Positions 55,484 through 64,000 of a stretch of 64,000 nucleotides of DNA are shown piece after piece. The translations under genes were made by a program, and so were the position numbers. The notes beneath the pieces are model-generated. The model saw only the letters and a program-made list of their open reading frames with translations. It had not been told where the DNA came from and searched no databases. The DNA is from Flaccisagitta enflata (taxonomy: Eukaryota), in NCBI GenBank assembly GCA_965153355.1, contig OZ231126.1, positions 45,632,001 to 45,696,000 on the forward strand, in the 5' to 3' direction. Numbering within the stretch: position 1 is the first letter of the stretch; every line of letters begins with the position of its first letter.

Positions 55484-55997
55484 TTGCTTTCAGGTAATGT
55501 TTCTTGCGTTTCAGAATCGCAAGAATGACATATATCTTGACGCCTCCTAAGCCGGTTAGAATTTTTCCTGCGTTCATCCATCTCCTTATTCCTGCAAAGA
55601 GACAAAAAATCCTGCTCTACGTCACGTTCAAATTAAGCTTCCGACTTATGGCTAATTGAATTAGGAAAGTAAAGTAAGTGAAAACTAGAAAAAAAATCCT
55701 CACCCCAATCCTATCTTTATGCTGGGTCATCAGTTCGGGCTGTCTTTCCATCTATCCAAAATAATGAATAAATTGGGATTTATTTAGTGACTGCATTGGA
55801 TGTTGCCCTCGCACCTGTATACCAGAACGCCACCATCTGGCTACTTTGCGATCATGTCACTATTTACCGCCAGTATTCCACTCCGGCGCCACCATCTATT
55901 TTTGTCTATGATTTGGCGTGAAAACAATTGGCGACTGTCTGCCTTTTCTATTTTTCTGTTTGGGTGTCTATCTTTCTCTATGTCCATCAACTGTTTA

Positions 55998-56288
<291 letters not shown>

Positions 56289-56569
56289 GTTTTGAATCAT
56301 TTCCATCGTTGTCTCGCCTTTCTGGGTTTCCGGATTTACCGGCCTTCCTTCTTGTCTTTCCTGCGGCTGAACTTTGACCCCAGAAAAGAATCGCCCTCAT
56401 ATCAAAGGTTGACCGACACTCCGAAAGTCCTATTTCAGTTGGCCGACAGTCCTATGCCGGTTTACTGACACTCCGATATCCTATGTCGTGTATGTAATGC
56501 CGGTTAGCTGACACTCTACCAGCCCTTTGTTGGTTGACTGACACTCATCAGCAATTACAACAGTCCTAC

Positions 56570-57178
56570 GACGGAAAATATTGGAAGGAAAACTAAGTGT
56601 TTCACCATACTTTTTGCATCATTTTCTGGACAATAATGATGTAAGAATGATTTTAAAAGATAGATTGTCTCTAAAGACATTTGGTTTATACATTTCTATC
56701 CTATTCTGACCTCAGAAGTAATTTTGACAATGCAATTCACATGAGAAATACAAAAAAATCAAGGTTTTAAATAAAATTTTGATTACATCTTTTTTTTGTT
56801 CTTGCCGTTGAAATTCTAAAACTCTCAAAAGCAGGGAAATTTTGCATTTCCAAAAACATAGTTCTCTTTGTAATCAATTTTGGAAGAGAACTATGTTTTT
56901 TGTTTTCTCATTTTTTCATTTTCTATGCAATCTTAGAATTTCAACGAGCCCCCTGTCAGTTACCAAAAATGAAATTTTCAGTAATTTGCATTATATTTTC
57001 TTCATTAATTATAGCTTCATTTGGTTCTTTTTCATGTTTGAATTCAAGTTATGCAAAGAAATATCAATCATGATATATCTCAATGATTATTTTAGTTTGA
57101 TCATTTAGTTTCAATCATTTTAATTTTTTACTTTAGCTCCTGTTGAAACATAAATGTAGCCTTCGGAGGAACGCCGTC
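56570..57178. mobile_element. Unclassified 609-bp DNA element with GACGG termini and an apparent 4-bp TSD (CTAC)
   Basis: CTAC|GACGGAAAATATTGGAAGG ... CCTTCGGAGGAACGCCGTC|CTAC; second copy at 30703. Confidence 0.65.
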
Positions 57179-58031
57179 CTACTTGGGTTGACCGACATTT
57201 TGATGATCACAAGCAGGTTGACTGAAACTCCATCACTTTAATGGCAGTTGACAAACGCAGACAAACAAATACTATCTTCACAAATAAAATCTTCACACCT
57301 GAGAACAAACAATTAGTTTGGAGGAGTACTGTTTCTAAATAGTAAAGGTGCTGACCCCAGATTGGTCGCATTTGAAAGAGTTAAAAAAGTTCTTTGAAAT
57401 GGGACTAATCTGGCTGTATTAGCTTTATTCATTTAAAAGCAACACTCTTCCAAAGTTGATGCTTGTTTTCAGTTGTGCAGATTTTATTTGTGAACATATT
57501 ACAATCAGTCTTGTGCTGGACTGACACTTCGCCTCAATGTACCGATGATCCTGTGTTCGTTTACCTGAAACAACGTTTTACCAATTGCCCAATACTACCA
57601 TAGTTCTTAGACTCGTATTGAGAATGCTAGTCAATATAAGATCTATGACACGTCACCTCTCATTGATAGATTTGAACTTTTGCACATGCATTCGAGGTCT
57701 TATGTTCTTTTTCTGTTGGGCAGTCGGTCCATCAGTAACAACTAGCTTCCTCGACCATGCCTCATTGACACCTTTTTAAATCCCCCATTCACCCCCGCCC
57801 TTCCATCTAGTCTCCTCCGCCTCTTTTCTCTCGTACGGTGTTTTTGGCGGTCAATCCTCCTTTCCAATCTCCTATTTTTCCCACCGCGAATGTGGATTCC
57901 AGGAAAGGATTGAGTGGTCAGTTGCGCCGTCTCCTACGAAAGGCTTTTCCTCCCATATTTTCCAAAGAAATCCATCACAATATAGACAGAACGCGAATCA
58001 AGCGAAACCATCTTTTTCCTGGGAGGTGCTT

Positions 58032-58068
<37 letters not shown>

Positions 58069-58070
<2 letters not shown>

Positions 58071-59186
58071 TTGCAGACACGCAACTCTTAAAATGCCATG
58101 TCTGACGGTCCGTCGGTCTGTGAGCTCGAGTCGAAAAGTGGAAAAACAAGTGTTTTGTTTGTTTTTTGTAGGACTCGCAATAGTTAATTTTAACTAGCTA
58201 ATTAATTGGTTGAAATTCTGGAAACCCATATAGTTAATTATGAGAAATTAACTAGTTAAATCAGTTATTGCTTTTTATGGTAAATTGAGGAAAAATCACC
58301 TTTTTTTTCTTTTAAATGACATTATTTTTTGTAAATCTTTTTGGCATTAAGAAAAAATAGTTGGATTGTAACACAGAACCATGGAAACTTAAAGATTTTT
58401 AGCCTCAAACAGTAAAATCAGTACTAAGATTATTGATAGATTTAAGAATTGTATCAAAATAATGACAATCTTTAAGAAATTCTGTCTTTTATAATGTGAA
58501 ACTTTTAACTATGTTACAAGGTGATTTTTTTCAAGTGGGGGAAAGTATTAAGGCATCAAATTTTAATTATGAGATTTTAAGATGAACCAAAGTTGGTTTA
58601 TGGTTGCAAACTACTTGACATTTACTTTTCAAGAAAGAAAAAAATATTTCTGACAAATTTTGGTGATATAATCATCAAAACAGAAATTTCAGGAAAATCA
58701 ATGTTTTTTATACTGAAAAGCTGAAATTACAAAATCTATGTGAAAAACTGTTTTGAATAAAAACGAAAGTTAAAACATTCAAATCAGTGATAGAAATAAA
58801 CAGATATTCAACTTTTTGACCAAAAAAAATATATTTTTGTGCATTATTCAAAAAATCATTATTGTGAAAAAATGATCAGAATCTATGCTAGATTGAAGTC
58901 AAAACTGGTCAAAAATATTTTTTCTTTCTTGAATATTAAATGTCAAGTAGTTTGTAACAATAAACTAACTTTGGTTTGTCTTATAATTGCATAATAAAAA
59001 TTTGATGTCTTGATACTTTCCTCCACTTGAAAAAAAATCACCCTGTGGCTAGTTAACTAGCGAAATTTTTAAGTTAGATAACTACTAACTAGTTAATTTG
59101 CGAGTGGGGGGGGGATGGGGCATGGGGTGTAGATGGGGGTTGGACGCCCCTGCCCATCCGTCCGTTACGACCCCGCGTCACTTGTT
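58069..59186 (+). mobile_element. Three-level nest: long family B HINE > ACTCGCAA-terminal element (about 58173-59105) > mariner-type MITE (58517-59045)
   Basis: The HINE 5' half (58069-58170) and 3' half (59106-59186) flank the inserts. The inner MITE has >130-bp TIRs starting CA(A/G)GGTGATTTTTTT(T)CAAGTGG. Confidence 0.75.
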
Positions 59187-60324
59187 TTTCAGTTGTTCTC
59201 TTCCACTCTCTCGCTTATTGTCTGTCTGACCATCTATTTTCGCCTCTACCTGTGTATTAGTGTGTTGGAGGGAGGGGAGGGACCGTTTTTGTTTCGTCAG
59301 TCTGCCCATCAATCTTTTTTTTTGGTCTATATCTGTCTCCCTTTGTGTCTGCCTATATGTCTGTGAGTCTGTCTTCATAACTGTGTGAAATGAATGATAA
59401 TGTAAACTGCAATCATTTCTAGGCAACGTATCATTGAGTGCTGTTAATCGATTAGCTTTTGCACTATGAAAACACTTTGCTGTTGTGGCTGACTGGCTGT
59501 ATATTTGAATATTGAGTCTGAGAGTACTTCCTGACCAAAAAAGGGCAATGAAGAAAGGGATTGTGAGACGAAATTAGAGAAATGCACTGTGTCATGAGAG
59601 GTCAGCCAAAAGCGCACCCACAGCCCCCTCATGAGGCATATGAGACCATAATATTTTTCTCAACAATTTATTGTTAACTATCCTAAATCTTACACCCTGC
59701 TATCTGCCGTTTCTGTAATGCTGGGCTGAAGCAATCAAAAATTCTCTGATATTGAGAGGCAGAAAAATTCGGAAGGGCCTCGAGCCGTCAGCTTTACACT
59801 TGGCCAAAAGTGCCTATATTTCAATGATTGAAGATGAACATTTGTCATTTCCTTCAAACAAAAGGAAAAAGGTAATTTTTGAAGCTCATTTCATACTTAT
59901 TTTCTTTTGAATTATTTTAATTGAATCTGCATCCGCCAACTCTTGCAACCCTTCCCATACACCGCAGAGTATGGTAATATCATACAGATTTTTTTTTCAA
60001 CCAGATCCCAGTGATAAAGGTTCTTTTGGCGACAGTCGGATTTAAATACGGTGAAGTATATAGCCATAGAACAATTTTTGGGCTTTATTCCGACATAATT
60101 GACGTCCAACGTGGGACGTAAAAAAGTGGCGTCAGTCGGCGTCACGCGCGAGTCGAGATGGCGTTTCGGTCGGAAGGTCCGACCAGCTAAGGTCAAACCC
60201 AAGGTCAACCGTTTGACCCGACGTTCGAGCCGGTACTGACCCAAGGTCAAGTCCCGCACCAAACTTGCGTCACGCGATATCTTTTCTCCAAGGAGTGGAG
60301 AAGAAAAGGTAGAACAGAAAAAAA

Positions 60325-60347
60325 AAAGAAAGAAAAAAAGAAAGAAA

Positions 60348-60423
<76 letters not shown>

Positions 60424-60448
60424 AAAGAAAGAAAGAAAGAAAGAAACT

Positions 60449-60547
<99 letters not shown>

Positions 60548-60550
60548 AAA
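60325..60550. repeat. (GAAA)n microsatellite
   Basis: Direct inspection. Confidence 0.95.
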
Positions 60551-60991
60551 AGTGAAGGAAAGAAAAAGAGGGAATGGATGTAGGAATTCGGTCAGGTGAC
60601 GGTATAATCAACTTTATGCGAAAATTGGTTGGCTGTTTTGGTATAAAGAGAGACTCTGGAGATAAGTGTCACAAATGAATTTTGTCCAGCGCCAGGGACT
60701 ACATGTCTCTACCACAGCACCCAAACCTCTATCAGCCTCTATCAGCCTTATTACGTCACTTCTTCTGCCCACGCTCGCGATTTGCCCCGGCCCACTAGTA
60801 GTGGGCCACTACTAGCGCCGTCAGATCGCCAGAGCGCGAGCGTAAGCGCGAGAGTGGGATGGAGATGGAGAGGCGCCACGGGGACAATTTATACAGCACT
60901 TCACGTGCGTCAGTGCGCCGACAATCGTCTGGCCAGTTGCTGGCGGTGTTTACGTTTCTTCTTTTTGGTGACGAGAGAGAGACAGAGTGAG

Positions 60992-61112
<121 letters not shown>

Positions 61113-61115
61113 TAC

Positions 61116-61200
<85 letters not shown>

Positions 61201-61404
61201 GCATTGAGGGCATTTTAGTGAGATTAGACGCGTGAGGGCATGACGGTGTTTTAATAACGTCGGCGCCTGGATGACGTCACGGTGGAACAACGCGAAACAA
61301 GAAATCATGTCTTTATGACGGTGGATCTTTGACCAAGTAGATTTCTGGGTCACCTTTTTTTCGTCTGTCTGTCTGTTGTTAGCTTGAGAATGTCTTTCTT
61401 AAAA

Positions 61405-61817
61405 CAGTGCACTACTGCCTTATCGGCACCTAATTTAGCAGCCACATAGTTATTTCTTATCTTTATGATCAACCATCATTTAATAAACATTTTATATTAT
61501 GAAAATAAGCAAAGAGGCAAAAATTTGCATGGAGTAAGAATTGAAAAAAAAACTTTCTAAACTATTGTGTCTTTCTCCTAAGCACTCTATAAAAAATGAT
61601 GGTTCAAAGATATGTCAAAGCAGGCCTATCAGTTTTTTCTTGATAACAAGTGACTAACCTTTGCAATTCATTAAGCATACATGTTTGCCTATTCGTCTTA
61701 GTTTCTTTTTTTTTCTACAAAAATATATAAAAAGTTAATAATTTGATTTATCAACATTCGGATTTAACGAACAAAATTTCTCAGTCCCTTCAAGGCCGTT
61801 ATATCAGATTTCCACTG
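61405..61817. mobile_element. pogo/Tigger-like non-autonomous element
   Basis: CAGTGCACTACTGCC left end, ...GATTTCCACTG|TA right end; termini shared with 34065-34838. Confidence 0.55.
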
Positions 61818-62272
61818 TAAATAGATTTTTATATTTTTGGTCTGTTTGATGATATTACTCATGTACTGTAGATGGGTCCTATCTGAAGCTAATCATTCAG
61901 TCATCACTCGGGATGGTACAGAGACATTTGACATGAGCTGTATCACGCTTTAACAACAGTTAGGTTAAATGGAAATTGAAGAAATCAACTAAAAGAAAGG
62001 CAGTTTTTCTTCAGCTTTTTTCCCTTTCTTTTTCTCGCTTATGTCATTGAATGACGACATTGCCATTCCAACTGAACGTAAAAAGCTAGGCCTTTTCTCT
62101 CTCTCTCTCTCTCTCTGTCGTTTTCATTTGACGTATGGGTCATCGTCCGTTCGGTCATCTTTACGTTTTGCCTCTTTTTGCCGATCAATAACCCTCACAT
62201 GCGATGGAAAAGGATCGTCAAAAATTCATCTGCAATAAAACGCCACTTTATCATATATGAATCAAACACGTA

Positions 62273-62344
<72 letters not shown>

Positions 62345-63394
62345 CGCGTGACGTTTCCTGTCTTTCTCGCGAATCTTGACCTTCAGTCAATCTCATCCAT
62401 TTTTACCTCGACCACTTGGATTCCCTCAATTGAGCACCCCCTCCAACATGGCCTCTGTTGAACCCATTCCTCCCACCTTCCTTCTTCTTCCTCCCTCTCT
62501 TCTCCCCCCCCCCCCTTCTCTCTATCACATCAACCCTCAAGAGAGCGATGTACCTTTCAGCTGAATCCGAGGTCGACTGTACGGAAAAACGATGAATAAG
62601 ACATCCGTGATCGTTTTTCGCCTCTTTGACCAATACAATCTGAGCCCGACTCCCAATCTGAGCCCACATCTCCCCCATCCCCGCAGAGACAGCCTTTCTT
62701 TGAACCTGCTTCCAGCCGAAGCTCCTGCTGCGACATATTCTTTTTTTCTATCCCCCCAACTCCCCCTTAGAACCCACGCAGTAGCATTAAGAGTCCCCTT
62801 TGACCACTGATCCGTTCTTTGCGGATCAGAAAGTTATTCCCCCGCTGAACGATCAGAATGGTTAGAGCGATTTACTCTTTTGAATATTTGAGTTTGTCAT
62901 AAATCAATCGCTTTGTAATTTAACTCTCTTGCCTCCACTTATTTTTTCGTCTCGCCTCTGAAAATACTCTCGCTACTGACGCTGTCAGATGAGTCATCGC
63001 ATCTCCGATTGTCTGTCACTCGGGTGGTTATTTTTTGGGCACATGGCTATTTTCGTTACATCGTTCCGTCGCTCCGTCACTGATGTTCACATTTTCTTGT
63101 GTGTGTGTTCGCTGCCCCTGTCGACCGTTTGCGTCGGTAGATCTACGATGTTATCTTAGGTTGTGAAATCGGCTTTGTCCGCCGATGGACTAGTTAAGCC
63201 TTGGTAAACGTCTGAATAATTCTCACGACCAATACTTAATACTTTCCAAGGAAGAGGGGAGGTAATTAACAATGGACCTTGATCGCACATTGAATTACCC
63301 ATACCGTCGTTAGGAAAAAAAGACTTAGGCGCCATGGAGGGTCAAGAAAAAGGAGCAAAATAAAGGTCAAAAGATGTGTGACCAAAAAATGGAC

Positions 63395-63438
<44 letters not shown>

Positions 63439-63623
63439 ATTATCAATGCTAACTGCGCACTTTCTAGTGTCATTGCCATTATCCACGACTGGATTTTTCT
63501 CCTGCGTTTCCCTTATTTAAACAAATGGTTATCGTCTGATAGGAAATTTGATCCACGTATCATATCAAATAATCAAATAATGATCAAAAAAGTAAGCCGA
63601 CTCTCTTTGCACTTGTGCCTCTC

Positions 63624-63731
<108 letters not shown>

Positions 63732-64000
63732 AATCTCATGTAAATGGCTACGGTGGTGCCCACATTTGAGAAGTTGATAGCTAAAGCTTTTGTGCCAATG
63801 AAGAAATATATTTGTAAGGCTTTTGGTGAATGAAGCCATCGACATATTCCCCGGACGGTGCCTGTATCATTGTGTAATTGCCGTGTCCCGGAGCGGATTG
63901 ATGACTATTATTTGCAAACATAACCCGGATTTATTCAGGAATGTTTACTTTGACGAATCCTCTTCCCAACTTTCGTATTTGTCCCGAAGTCTACGATTTT

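Overview
Repeat-dominated eukaryotic (probably invertebrate animal) genomic DNA. I can support only one protein-coding gene with confidence: a three-exon, minus-strand 60S acidic ribosomal protein P1 (RPLP1-like, 43551-44714, 119 aa). Its normally near-invariant C-terminal motif is clearly altered, which suggests a divergent paralog. Nearly all ORFs in the supplied track are microsatellite artefacts. The rest of the window holds: (i) about 30 copies of several non-autonomous Helentron/DINE-1 (HINE)-type families with subterminal inverted repeats, GTCY tracts or 20-21 bp minisatellite cargo, 3' hairpins and TT insertion sites, often nested; (ii) many MITE/foldback elements with readable TIRs and TSDs (TA, 8 bp, 9 bp, 4 bp), including three back-to-back palindromes at 27.85-28.83 kb; (iii) a 2267-bp tandem duplication with an internal deletion; (iv) long AG/CT, GTT, GAT, CTT, AC and GAAA microsatellites. 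A 51-codon Arg/His/Cys-rich protamine-like ORF with an upstream TATA box (29746-29901, minus strand) is below the ORF-track cutoff and is a candidate unannotated gene. I found no prokaryotic-type systems (CRISPR, operons), tRNA or rRNA. All calls are by eye; no searches were run.
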